Shown: positions 18,358-29,439 of the stretch, piece by piece | Layout of the letters: every line of letters begins with the position of its first letter | Numbering within the stretch: position 1 is the stretch's first letter | From: an uncultured Thermoplasmata archaeon | GTDB taxonomy: Archaea > Thermoplasmatota > Thermoplasmata > RBG-16-68-12 | Assembly: GCA_963768855.1 (NCBI GenBank) | Contig: CAVYJM010000006.1 | Span: 704,001-768,000 of the forward strand | DNA: 64,000 nucleotides | Reading direction: 5' to 3' | Made by a program: the position numbers and the translations under genes | Notes under the pieces: model-generated | Database searches by the model: none | Told to the model about the DNA's origin: nothing | What the model saw: only the letters and a program-made list of their open reading frames with translations

Positions 18358-19365
18358 ATGGTCCTTGTGATCCGTCGCAATTTGCGTAGGGACGAGCGCG
18401 GTGTTGCGTCGACCGTCGGGACGATCATGGCGCTCCTCGTCTTCCTGACGTTCCTCAGCCTGATTGTGAACCAGTACGTCCCGGTATGGATGAAGGACTC
18501 GGAAGCTACCCACATGGACACGGCGGTCGCCCAGTTCGCCGACGTCAAGGGGGCCATCGACTTCTCCGTCCTCGGCGCCCTGATGGCCCAGAACGCGGGC
18601 CCCGGCGCGATTTTCGTGCCGCCTACAGCGTCCACTTCGGTCACGTTAGGCGTCGATGGGGTGCCGATCTTCTCGAGTCCGACCACGGGCGTGCTGAACG
18701 CGAACCCGGACGGAGGGCCCTGGAACCTGAGCTTCGAGTACTGCATCAGGGTCAACGACGTCTGCACGAACACCCATGTCGACCAGAACGCGAGCGGACA
18801 ACTGGACCTCGTGATCCAGAACCGCTACTACCTGACCGGGGACATCGTCTACGAGAATGGGGCGGTCATCCGCTCCCAGTCGGACGGTCAGGTCGTGCGC
18901 GCCTCTCCGATCTTCCAGATCACGCCGAGCGCCACGAACCTTTCCGTCGCGTTCGAGCTCGTCAACCTCTATGGAGCCGGGAGCGCCGCCGGGACCACCA
19001 CCCAGATCGTCGACACGAAGGTCATTGGCGTGAACCAGCAGGTTTACGCAGGCCTGACGAAGAACCTCACGATCCGCCACACCTCGGCGTACGGCCTCGC
19101 CTGGTTCAACTTCTTCAACTCGACGCTCTCCTCCGGACTAAGGGTCACCCAGTACGTCTACTCCTCCCGCTTCGGGACCACCCAGGTGATCGGGACATTG
19201 CCGGGGACCACCAGCGCCATCTACACGATCGCGATGAATTTCGTGCCGGCGACGGGTTTGTACTCGCTGACGTTGAACATCTCACCCACGCCGCTCAGCC
19301 TCGCTTTCACTCTCCAGCAAGCGTTCGTGAACGTCGGAGTGGGACAGACTTCCAACGGGGTGTGA
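18358..19365 (+). CDS. Archaeal type IV pilin-like protein (class III signal peptide)
   Basis: RRNLRRDERG|VASTVGTIMALLVFLTFLSLIV; YVPVWMKDSEATHM; GDIVYENGAVIRSQSDG. Confidence 0.85.
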   Translation: MVLVIRRNLRRDERGVASTVGTIMALLVFLTFLSLIVNQYVPVWMKDSEATHMDTAVAQFADVKGAIDFSVLGALMAQNAGPGAIFVPPTASTSVTLGVDGVPIFSSPTTGVLNANPDGGPWNLSFEYCIRVNDVCTNTHVDQNASGQLDLVIQNRYYLTGDIVYENGAVIRSQSDGQVVRASPIFQITPSATNLSVAFELVNLYGAGSAAGTTTQIVDTKVIGVNQQVYAGLTKNLTIRHTSAYGLAWFNFFNSTLSSGLRVTQYVYSSRFGTTQVIGTLPGTTSAIYTIAMNFVPATGLYSLTLNISPTPLSLAFTLQQAFVNVGVGQTSNGV

Positions 19366-19371
19366 GGTGCG

Positions 19372-21024
19372 ATGCCGAAGCAGAAGAAAATCATGATGCC
19401 CAAGGGGTCGATGGCGCAGAAGGCCGAGTGGTCCGGGTCCCGCGGCTCCTACCTGACGCACATCCCTGATCTCGACCGGGACACGCTCGAGGAGATCGAG
19501 GTCATCCCGATCCGGGAGCCGTTCACGTACTCCCGCGTCGTCTACGACCACGACCGGTCCGAATACATCTACGAGGTCTGGGAGCCGCAGCTCGACGATC
19601 GGGAGAAGGAGCTCCTCGACATGCTCAAGGACTCCCTCCAGCGCACCCTCGAATATGAGTGGGACAAGATGGCCGAGAAGGACAAAAAGGAGTACCTCGA
19701 GGAGGCCGTCGAGTCGTTCATCCACTCCCGCGGCCTGCGTCTCGAGCCCGCGTCCCGCGACAAGATCGTCTACTACATCATCCGGGACTTCGTGGGCTAT
19801 GGGCCCGTGGACGTGCTCATGTCCGACGGCCGGATCGAAGACGTCTCCTGCGATGGGACGAACATCCCGCTGTTCATTTTCCACCAGAAGTACGAATCGA
19901 TCAAGACGAGCGTGATCTTCGAAGACGAGGACGTGCTCAACTCCTTCGCGGTCATGCTCGGACAGCGCTGCGGCAAGCAGATTTCCGTGGCGATGCCCAT
20001 CCTCGACGGAACGAGCGTCGAGGGCCACCGCGTCCAGGCGACGTACAGCAAGGAGGTCACGACCCGCGGCTCGTCCTTCACGATCCGGCGCTACAAGGAG
20101 AAGCCCTTCACGCCGGTCGAGCTTGTGAAGTTCGGGACCGCCAGCACCGAGATGGTGGCGTACCTGTGGATCGCCGTCGAGAACGGCAAGTCCATGATGG
20201 TCTGCGGCGGGACCGCGTCCGGGAAGACGGCCACCCTGAACAGCGCCGCGCTGTTCATCCGTCCCGGGGCGAAGATTGTCTCGATCGAGGACACCCGCGA
20301 GATCAACCTGCCCCACCAGAACTGGATCCCGGGAACGACCCGCACAGGGGTCGGGGAGCGCGGCGCGGACGGCAAGGCCGGAGGCGAGATCGACATGTAC
20401 GATCTCGTGCGCGCAGCGCTGCGCCAGCGTCCGAACTACATCCTGGTCGGTGAGGTCCGTGGCAAGGAGACGTACACGATGTTCCAAGCCATGGCCACCG
20501 GGCACCCGACGATGTCCACGATGCACGCGGACTCCGTCAAGTCGATGGTCAACCGGCTGGAGAACCCGCCGATCAACACGCCGAGGATCCTGCTCACCGC
20601 CCTGAACTTCGTGATCATCCAGACCCACGCCCGCATCGGCGACTCGATCGTGCGCCGCATCAAGCAGATTGTGGAGCTGGTCGGGTTCGAGCCTGAGACG
20701 AACGAGTTGATCACGAACACGGTCTACGAGTGGGACCCCGCCACGGACACCTTCGTGTACAAGGGGCACTCCTTCCTCTTCGACGAGATCATGGAAATGA
20801 AGAACATGACCCATGAGGAGATGGAGGCGGAGTTCCAGCGCCGCATCGACATCATCAACTACATGGTCGAGAAGTCGATAACGGACTTCCGCGACATCGC
20901 GAAGCTCGTCGTGTCCTACTACCAGTATCCGGAGGAGACCGCGAAGCGGATCCGGGACGAGATGGGCTGGACCGAGCAACGTGCTGAGAAGCCCCTCGAG
21001 GCGGGAGGTGAGGCCGTTGGGTAA
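19372..21024 (+). CDS. Type II/IV secretion ATPase (FlaI/TadA-like)
   Basis: IEDVSCDG, GGTASGKTATLN, SIEDTREI, LRQRPNYILVGEVRG, TGHPTMSTMHA. Confidence 0.95.
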   Translation: MPKQKKIMMPKGSMAQKAEWSGSRGSYLTHIPDLDRDTLEEIEVIPIREPFTYSRVVYDHDRSEYIYEVWEPQLDDREKELLDMLKDSLQRTLEYEWDKMAEKDKKEYLEEAVESFIHSRGLRLEPASRDKIVYYIIRDFVGYGPVDVLMSDGRIEDVSCDGTNIPLFIFHQKYESIKTSVIFEDEDVLNSFAVMLGQRCGKQISVAMPILDGTSVEGHRVQATYSKEVTTRGSSFTIRRYKEKPFTPVELVKFGTASTEMVAYLWIAVENGKSMMVCGGTASGKTATLNSAALFIRPGAKIVSIEDTREINLPHQNWIPGTTRTGVGERGADGKAGGEIDMYDLVRAALRQRPNYILVGEVRGKETYTMFQAMATGHPTMSTMHADSVKSMVNRLENPPINTPRILLTALNFVIIQTHARIGDSIVRRIKQIVELVGFEPETNELITNTVYEWDPATDTFVYKGHSFLFDEIMEMKNMTHEEMEAEFQRRIDIINYMVEKSITDFRDIAKLVVSYYQYPEETAKRIRDEMGWTEQRAEKPLEAGGEAVG

Positions 21025-22057
21025 CTCGGCCTTCGCGAAGCTCGAGACCCGCGGCACCCTGACCAAGACGAAGCGCACCCGCCCCGGCCAGGAAGAGCCC
21101 GTGGAGGGCGCGCACCTGGTGAAGCTCCCGAAGGGGGCCAAGCCGGTCAACGTCAGCCTGTCCCCGCGGGAGCAGCTCGCCTGGCGCACATTCGGCAAGT
21201 TCGTTCAGGCCCGAGAGCGCGAGAACCAGGAACTGGAGGACAACCTGCTGAAGGCCCACATCCGGCTGCGCCCCGAGGAATACCTCGCGGTGGCCTGGAT
21301 GAACACGACCATCGCGGCGGTCGCCGCGGTTGTGACGGCCTTCGCGGCGATCGTCCTGCTCTCGTTCCTCCACGTGGACATCGTGACGCTCCTCATCATC
21401 TTCGCCCTCGTCGCGGCCGTTCCGATCTTCCTCTCGTACATGTATTCCTTCGGCCTGCCCATCGGCTACAAGGGCAAGCCCGCGGCCCTCTCGAAGAAGC
21501 GCGGCCGCAAGATCGACAAGAAGATCTCCGGCGCGATGTCCTTCGTCTCGGCGATGGCGTCCGCGGACGTCCCGGTCGACGTCATCTTCAAGGAGCTCTC
21601 CAAGCAGCAGGTCTACGGCGAGGTCGCCCGCGAGGCGGAGTGGATCACCCGGGACACGGAGTTGCTCGGCCTGGACATCCTGACGGCCATCCGCCACGCG
21701 GCGCAGCGCTCCCCCTCCCCGAAGTTCCAGGACTTCCTCCAGGGCGTCGTCACGACGTCCACGAGCGGTGGCCAGCTGAAGCCCTACTTCCTCATGAAGG
21801 CGGAGCAGTTCGAGAAGGAAGACCGCCTCGAGATGCGGAAGAAGATGGAGACGCTCGGGATGCTCGCCGAGTCGTTCGTCACGGTCGTCGTGGCGTTCCC
21901 CCTGTTCCTGGTCGTCATCATGGCCATCATGGCGCTGATCAGCAAGGGCGGGACCGGGTTCATCCTGGAGCTGCTTTACGTGGTCGTCGCCCTGATGATC
22001 CCCATCAGCCAGTTCGGATTCATCTTCGTGATTTGGAACATGGAGCAGGAGGGATAA
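21017..22057 (+). CDS. Type II secretion system F / TadB-FlaJ-like platform membrane protein
   Basis: TTG start after GGAGGTG; MASADVPVDVIF, LLGLDILTAI, FQDFLQGVVTTSTSGG; several TM segments. Confidence 0.88.
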   Translation: MGNSAFAKLETRGTLTKTKRTRPGQEEPVEGAHLVKLPKGAKPVNVSLSPREQLAWRTFGKFVQARERENQELEDNLLKAHIRLRPEEYLAVAWMNTTIAAVAAVVTAFAAIVLLSFLHVDIVTLLIIFALVAAVPIFLSYMYSFGLPIGYKGKPAALSKKRGRKIDKKISGAMSFVSAMASADVPVDVIFKELSKQQVYGEVAREAEWITRDTELLGLDILTAIRHAAQRSPSPKFQDFLQGVVTTSTSGGQLKPYFLMKAEQFEKEDRLEMRKKMETLGMLAESFVTVVVAFPLFLVVIMAIMALISKGGTGFILELLYVVVALMIPISQFGFIFVIWNMEQEG

Positions 22058-22058
22058 G

Positions 22059-22988
22059 ATGGCCCGACCCGACCTCGAGCAGGCACGCATCCGGCTCTAC
22101 GAGAAGGCAGACCGCTCGAAGTTCGTCCTGGGCATCAGCATCGCCCTCTTGGTGATCTTCGGCTTCATTGCCGCCCTCAACCTGATTGGATCCGTGGAGA
22201 TCGGCTTCCGCGCGAACGCGCAGCCCACGGACAACTTCCTGAACTGGCTCGTCATCGCCATCATGGGCTTCGTCGGCCCCTACGGCTTCTACATGGCCCG
22301 CAAGCAGCGGGAGGTCAAGCAAATCGAGCGCCGGCTCCCCGACTTCCTCCGCGACGTCGCGGAGGCGGGCCGGTTCGGCATGACCCTCGCCGAGGCCATC
22401 GTCGTGTCGAGCGGAGGGCGCTACGGCCGGCTGACCCCCGAGATCAAGAAGATGGCGGCCCAGATCAGCTGGGGCGTCCCGGCCACGGAAGCCCTGCGCC
22501 TCTTCGCGGAGCGCGTCAAGACACCCGCCGTGCAGCGGGTCGTCGCGATCATCGTGAAGTCCTCCGACGCCGGAGGCGACGTCGCGGACGTGCTGACGAT
22601 GGTCTCCCATGACACGAAGGAGAACCAGCTCACGGAGGACGAGCGGAGGATCACGATGTCGACGTACATCGCGGTCATCTACATCTCGTTCCTGGTGTTC
22701 CTGGTGACGATCTTCATCCTGGACGCGACCTTCCTGCCGAAGATGGTGGAAGCGAGCGGAGCCCTCGGTGCGGGCGCGGGCGGCGCCCTCGCGGGCAACA
22801 GCCCCCTCGCCGCGAACCTGCCGGAGGTCGTCCAGCAGATCAAGATCGCGTTCTTCATCGCGCTGATCGTGCACGGCCTGGGCGACGGGATCCTGGCGGG
22901 CGTCCTCGACAACGGGAAGATCCCCACGGGCCTGCGCCACAGCTTCATCATGCTCCTGATTGCCCTGCTCGGAGTCCAGATCATCTGA
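22059..22988 (+). CDS. TadC-like platform membrane protein
   Basis: IERRLPDFLRDVAE..RFGMTLAEAI, YGRLTPEI, ISWGVP, DAGGDVADVL. Confidence 0.9.
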   Translation: MARPDLEQARIRLYEKADRSKFVLGISIALLVIFGFIAALNLIGSVEIGFRANAQPTDNFLNWLVIAIMGFVGPYGFYMARKQREVKQIERRLPDFLRDVAEAGRFGMTLAEAIVVSSGGRYGRLTPEIKKMAAQISWGVPATEALRLFAERVKTPAVQRVVAIIVKSSDAGGDVADVLTMVSHDTKENQLTEDERRITMSTYIAVIYISFLVFLVTIFILDATFLPKMVEASGALGAGAGGALAGNSPLAANLPEVVQQIKIAFFIALIVHGLGDGILAGVLDNGKIPTGLRHSFIMLLIALLGVQII

Positions 22989-22997
22989 GGTGAAAGC

Positions 22998-24813
22998 ATG
23001 TCCCAGTCCACGGAATCGGATTACTCGGAGACCCTCGAGGACCTCGACCAGAAGAAGGCCAAGGTGGCCGCGCGCGTTCAGCGGCTGGAGGCCGAGAAGG
23101 TCGAGGCCCAGAAGATGCTCGCCCAGATCGAGGAGAAGCGCAAGAGGACCCTGTTCGCGGCCCTCGACTCGATCAAGAAGCGGTACTTCGGACGCCTCCT
23201 CGGCGACAAGGGCATCAAGGTCAAGGCGCCCCGCGTCAGCGGCGTCGAGGAGGCGACCCTCGGCAAGATCACGACGATCCCGAAGATCGTCGAGCGCAAC
23301 ATGAACGAGATCGAGATCCAGCCGATCCTGAAGAACTACTCGTACGTGCGGATTCTGTACGATACCCTCGCCAACGAGTATTTCTACGAGGTGATCGAGC
23401 CGAAGCTCATCGAGGAAGAGTCGGAGCTCCTGGATGTCCTGAAGGAGATCATCGTCGCCAATCTCGAGCTCATGGAGGACGCGGACAAGGCCCAGAAGGA
23501 GACCTACCTCCGCCGCGTCGTCGACGGCCTGCTCCGCGAACTCGGCGTCGAGCTTCACCCGGTCTCCAAGGAGCGGATTATCTACTACATCATCCGGGAC
23601 TTCATGCGATACGGCGCGATTGATGTCGTGATGACGGATGCCCAGGTCGAAGATGTCTCCTGCGACGGTGTCTTGGTGCCCTTCTACATCTACCACCGCA
23701 AGTACGGCTCCATCCCGGCGAACCTGAAGTTCGACAACGCGGAGGAACTCGACTCCTTCGTCATCTGGCTCGCCCAGCGCTGCGGCAAGCACATCTCCGT
23801 GGCGCAGCCCATGCTCGACGCGACGATCCCGGACGGCTCGCGTCTCCAGGCGACCCTCGGCATGCACGTCACCAAGCGTGGGTCCTCCTTCACGATCCGG
23901 CGGTTCCGCGAGAACCCCTTCACGCCGCTCGACATGATCCGGTTCAAGACCTTGTCGCCCGAGATGGCCTCGTACCTCTGGCTGGCAATCGAGAACGGAC
24001 AGTCGCATGCTGATCTGCGGCGGCACGGCGTCGGGCAAGACGACCACCCTCAACGCGATCCTGCTGTTCATCCCACCCCAGATGAAGATCGTGTCCATCG
24101 AGGACACGCGCGAGCTGAACCTGCCCCACGAGAACTGGGTCCCCCTGCTCACCCGCGGAGGTTTCGGCGGGAAGAGTGTTTCCACCGGCAAGGCGGCTGG
24201 CGAGATCGACATGTTCGATCTGCTGACCGCGGCTCTCCGCCAGCGCCCGCAGTACATGATGGTCGGTGAGGTCCGAGGTTCCGAGGCGTTCGTCGTGTTC
24301 CAGGCCATGGCCACCGGCAAGTCGGCGTACACGACGTTCCACGCGGATGACGTCCAGGCGATGGTCCACCGCCTCGAGAACGACCCGATCAACCTGCCGC
24401 GCGCCCTGGTCGCCGCACTGGACATCGTGCTCCTCCAGGCTCAGGTCAAGGTCGGCACGGACATGACGCGACGCGTCAAGTCGATCGTCGAAATCGTGGG
24501 GACGGATCCCGAATCGAACGAGCTGATCACGAACTCCGCATACACGTGGAACCCGGCGGATGACACGTTCAACTACTCCGGCCACAGCTACGTCTACGAG
24601 AAGATCTCGCTGGCCCGCAACTGGAACCAGCGACGCATGGAGCAGGAAGTGAAGCGCCGCCTGGACCTGTTCGAGTACATGAAGCGGACGGGCGTGCAGA
24701 ATTACCGCGAGGTCGCGAAGATCGTGTCCTCGTACTACAAGGACCCCGAGGGCATGATCAAGATCGTCCGCGACACCCTGGCGACCCAGGGCGTCCAGAC
24801 CGTCGCGGCCTGA
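22998..24813 (+). pseudogene. Second type II/IV secretion ATPase with N-terminal coiled coil; +1 frameshift at ~24006 (pseudogene or assembly error)
   Basis: VEDVSCDG and FTIRRF in the first frame; GGTASGKTT, IEDTRE, LRQRP..GEVRG in the second frame. One extra C in CAG TCG C ATG explains the break. Confidence 0.88.
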
Positions 24814-25039
24814 CCGCCCTACCGAGCCCCCTGACGACAGTCGCCCGACGCGGAGCGCGGTCCTCCCGCGATCTCCATGCGGTTGAGCGCCAACGCATAC
24901 GTAGCCCGGACGGCAGGGTCTTGCGGTCCTGGAAGAGCCCGGGAAGGACTTCGCCGTGCGGATGGACGTTCCGCTGGACCCCGGGACCGCATTCGAAACG
25001 TTCCTCGAGGATCTCCTTCCGGTCTCGCCTGTCTGGGGC

Positions 25040-25380
25040 TGAGCCTCGATCCGGTCCCGGACGGGCGCATCCCGCAGGCCGGACGGGAGGTGGGACGGGT
25101 CCTCACGTGGGAACCCGGGAAGCCGCCCGCCTCGAGCCGGACGCGCGAGCTCGCCGGCACGCCGGCCGCGCCCGAGCCCATGGCGTCCCGCATCCGCTTC
25201 TATGAGGACGACGAGCTCCGGCGACTCGCGCTGCAAGCGGATTTCGTGGAGGCTCATGCCGAGCGTCCGGAGCACGAAGGATTCGCCCGCGAGGCGGGAC
25301 TCTCGGAGGCCGAGGTGGCGTTTTTCCAAGCCACGGGCGGGGCGCAGCTGCTCACGGCCCGCAAGCCGCGACCGAGTCCT
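25040..25380 (+). pseudogene. Probable relic of a class I SAM methyltransferase C-terminus
   Basis: VGRVL..PG..RELAGTPAAPEPMASRIRFYEDDEL..LA..ADF..GGAQLLTARK resembles, from recall, the C-terminal strands of a methyltransferase family; no SAM-binding GxG N-terminus or good start. Confidence 0.4.
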
Positions 25381-25630
25381 CGCCTCCGGGTCGGATCGGC
25401 GGGGTCACAGGTGCATGACGAGCGGGGCGACGGAGGGCATCAGGAAGACGAGCGTCACGACGAACCGGGCGAGGAGGCGGCCCCTGGGCAGGACGGCGGG
25501 CAACGTCGCCGCATAGAAGGGTGAAGCCAAGGTCGTTCCGGAATCGTTCGGGGGAAGACGAACGGAGCGCCGGCGCTTCCGCTCGCCCACGAAAAATGAA
25601 GAAGGGAAAGGAAAGGGGAGGAAGGCGAGC

Positions 25631-28600
25631 TCAGAGCTCGTCTCCCTGGTTGTTCTGTCCGCCGGACTGCTGGTCCGTCTCTTCCTGCGTGCCGGCCTGC
25701 TCGCCCTCGGTCGCGGGGCGCTTGATGACCCGCTTCTGGACCACGGGGGCGGGGGTCACCGGCCTCCGGATCACCGGGCGCGCGGCTGGCGGGCTCCCGC
25801 AGCCTGCGGGCCTCCCAGCGGCTGCTGGTCGCTCGGGGGTGGGGCTTGGGCGGCGACGGCTCGCTGCCTCACGGCGGGGGCCATCCCGCCCGATCCGGTT
25901 CCGCCGGACGGCGGGCGTCGGTCCTCCTTCATGAGGGAGCCGCACTTGTGGCAGACGGTGGCCGTCACGGAGTTGAGGGTGCCGCAGACCGGGCACGGTT
26001 TCGAGCCCATCTTGCGCATCTCCTCCTCTTCGCGCAGCCAGTCCTCGAAGGTCAGGAAGGTCGGCTGCTTGCGCCACCACTCCTGGAACTCCTTGTCGGA
26101 GAGGGCCCGGCCGAGCTGCCGCGACGCGTCCTCCTTGAACTTCTGTACGACCTCGTCGTACTGGAGGCGCATCTTCTCCTGGTAGTCCGCCATCTCGACC
26201 TCGCCCGTCGCGAACTCGACGCCGCACTCCGGGCACTGTTTCACGTCGACGGGGATCCAGGCTTGGCAGTTCGAGCACTTCGCCATGTCCTTCTCGAACT
26301 CGACGCCGCACTTCGGGCAGACCGTCGCGTCCTCGGGGATGAAGGCGCCGCACTCACCGCACTCGACCATCTTGCCGAGGCCGTAGACCTTGAAGTAGAC
26401 CGTCACACCGATGACGATCGCGGCCACGGCGGCAATGATGATCAGGAAGAGCCACCAGGGGATGCCCAGGAGCGGGACGAGCTGGTTTAGGAAGGGCACG
26501 TTCCGCTTCACGACGATCGACGGCGATGCGGAGGCAATCGTTCCCTGCGAGGAGGACACGCGGAGGGTGTACGTCCCGTCCGGGAGGTCCGCCAGGGTCA
26601 CGAGGGCCGTGAACAGGCCGTTCGAGTCGGTCGTCTGGTTGATCGTCTGCAGGACCGTGCCGTCGCTCCGAACAACTGCGATCGTCACGTTCAGGCTCGC
26701 GATCCCGTTCTGAGCCGGAGTCGTGTCACGGACCACGCCCGCAACGGCGATCGCGTCTGTCGGTCCGAAGGTTGTTCCCGCAATCGGGGTGTAGAGGACG
26801 ATCGTACCTTGGGGCGGTGCCACGTTCATGGCCACGTTCACGATGTTGTTCGTATAGCCGGTCCCACCCTCGACGAGCGTGTGGTCCGGGTTCACGATGA
26901 TCGTGAGCGTCTGGCCTCCCGGCACCGGGATCCCGGACACCTGCACGGTCACGTTCGTCAGGGTCGTGACTGCGATGCCGTCTGTGCGCCCGTAGGTCAC
27001 CGAGGTGTTCCCGTTCAGGAAGACGGCCACGGAGGTGTTCTGGACAGCGGTCTGGCCGAGGTTGTGGACCTTCACCACGATCTTGAATCCCTTATTCTGG
27101 CTCACGTTCAGCGGGGTGAAGTCCGCGGACAGCAAGGCCAGATCGGGCTGGGACAGGACCTTCTGCTGGACGCGGAGCGCGTTGTTCGTGACGTTGTAGT
27201 CACGATTGCGGATCGAGGTGTTCGCCGTCATCACGTAGATCGTGATGTTGTGGAATCCGACGAGGGTCGGCAGCCACTGGACCTCGACGTTCGCGAGCTG
27301 ACCCGCACTCACGCTGAAGGTCGTGGAGGTCGCGACCGAGTTCCCGTCCTCCAGGATCGTGAGCGTCGCGCTTGTTGCGGCTCCCGTGCCGAGGTTGTGG
27401 ACCGTCACGTCCACGGGGACGCTGTTGTTCACGACCGGGTCCACGGGGAAGCGCACATCCGCGGCGTCCACGAGCGCAAGATCCGGCCAAGTGATCAGGG
27501 CGAATGCGTGAGTCGCGATGTTGTTACTCAGGTCCGTCTCCGGGATCGCGCTGGCGCCGAGGGGGTCGCCCAGGGGCGGGTTGACGACCACGGAGATCGT
27601 CACGCCCGTCTCGAAGCTGCCCGAGACGGTGAAGTCCGCCGTCGCGGTCGCGTCCCCGTTTGCGGGGACCGAGGCGATCGTCACGTTGTCGATCAACGCG
27701 TTCGCGTTTTCGTATGCGCTGACCGGGGCGTCCATGATGTTGTCATGGTTCGCGTCCACGTTGACCGAGAAGAAGTTCACGACCACCGAGGTCACGGGGT
27801 TCTGTCCCGCGTCGTGGATCGTCGCGGTGATGGTCACCGGCTGGTTCAACGGCTCGAAGTCCGGGAGCGAGCTCCCGCCCGTGATCGTGACGCTGGCGAC
27901 AGTCAGGTCCGGCGTAAGGCCGGGGACGGGGAGCGCCACAACCACAGGGTTGTTGTTGTCCTGGGCCGTGATGCTCGGATAAGGAGCGAAGGTCGCCGAG
28001 GCGTTCCCGACATAGGACCCGCTGTAGGTGCCCGTCGCTTGGTAGTTCCCGAAGGAGTACGCGTTTGGCAGGCTGGCGGAGGTGACCGTGTCGGTCCACA
28101 GCGGAATCACGGCCCGCCCCTTCGAGTCGGAGGTGTTCCAGTTGGAGGCCGTCCGGCCGATGTACCAGAGGGTGCGGGATCCCGGGACCAGGGCGTTCCC
28201 GTTGTCCGGGTACTGGGCGGTCTGCGAGCCGACGTGAGACCAGATCGTCGCGCTGACGAGTGGAGTCCCGTAGGGGTCCGTCACCTTCGCGTTCATCCAG
28301 CGCAGAATGTTGACCGCGCCGTTGCCCGAGGGGACGAACGCCGCGAGCTGGAGGTACTGGGGCGTCGCATCGCTCTGGGCCTGGTCGACCGTGACGTTGT
28401 AGAAGTACGTGCGCGAGGTCGTGTCGACGTTCATGACATTGTGGACCTGCCAGTTGTTGGAGAAGTCAACGCCGATGTACGTGTCGTACGCATAGATGAA
28501 GGAGCCCCCGTTGACGGTCACGTTCTTCGCAACGAGCCCGCCGCCCTGGGTGTTCTCGTAAATCTGCTCGATCCGGGAGTGGTACAGGTAGGCGGTCGCA

Positions 28601-29178
28601 GACGCCATCGTGATGAGCGCCGAGTCGTCGTCGTCATCGATCCACGAGGACGTTCCGAGGCCGTTCAGGTCGGAGTCCGAGAATCCAGTGATCTTCGAGG
28701 CGGTCATGTTGAGGACGGAGCCGGAGTTCAGGTTGAGCGCCCCGGGGAACCTCAGGACGGATCCGGTCTGCATCGCAAGGGTCCCGTTCACCGTCGCGGT
28801 CAACTTGACGTACGGGTTGAGCGTGTTCGTCGAGGTGGTCAGGGTCGAGTTCACCAGGACGAGGGATCCGCCCGCGTCGATGAACATTGCGTGGACGTGC
28901 GATAGGTCCTGGACGAAGCTGATGCCACCGTCCACGAGGGTGAGGCTGCCCGCGCCGCGGATGTAGAGGCTTCCATCCAGGTAGAAGAACATCCCCGAGC
29001 AGGTCTGAGGCGAAGTGACGATCCAATTGCCCGACAGCAGGGTGCTGGACTGGCCGCAGTTGTCGGCGCTCACCACAGGCGTCGTCACGAACAAGACGCC
29101 TGTGAGGCCGCCGATGGCCATCAGCGAGACGATCATAAGGCTCAGCGCCCTGGCATTCCGGTTGGCTTGGTCAAACAT
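25631..29178 (-). CDS. Large single-pass surface protein: signal peptide, beta-helix-like region, CARDB repeats, TM helix, cytoplasmic zinc ribbons; probable 1-nt frameshift near 25792
   Basis: ATG 29178 with GGAGG; PDLTV/PDLAL CARDB starts with V.V.N.G and ETDLSNN; TM WWLFLIIIAAVAAIVIGVTVYF; CxxC pairs (CGECG, CPKCG, CSNCQ, CPECG, CPVCG, CHKCG). The natural-looking tail PVIRRPVTPAPVVQKRVIKRP lies in another frame ending at 25631. Confidence 0.85.
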
Positions 29179-29262
29179 CGCAGGACCTCCCGGGGAGGAG
29201 TCGCAGGGCGGTTTCCCTAGCACCTCTTCCGGTGGGCATGTGGGCGGCCCATCCTGGCCCTC

Positions 29263-29279
29263 TTTATAAATAGGTTACC
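29263..29279 (-). promoter_or_regulatory. BRE-TATA promoter for the CARDB protein gene
   Basis: Minus strand reads GGTAACC-TATTTATAAA, about 85 nt upstream of ATG 29178. Confidence 0.55.
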
Positions 29280-29439
29280 GCGCGATTATCTATCTCGATA
29301 GCGAGGTATTCTCGGAATCAATAACAACGTCTCTCACATGGAGAGAATACTTTTATCTAAATCGAGTTATCAAAATAGGGTTCTGGACGTCCGGAAAGGC
29401 CCTTTTTTCGGGTCCGTGCCGGGCGTCCCCGTGCGGGTC

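Noticed and set aside
18358-24813. Archaellum operon
   Set aside because: No archaellin or FlaF/G/H genes; two Tad-like platform proteins indicate a pilus instead.
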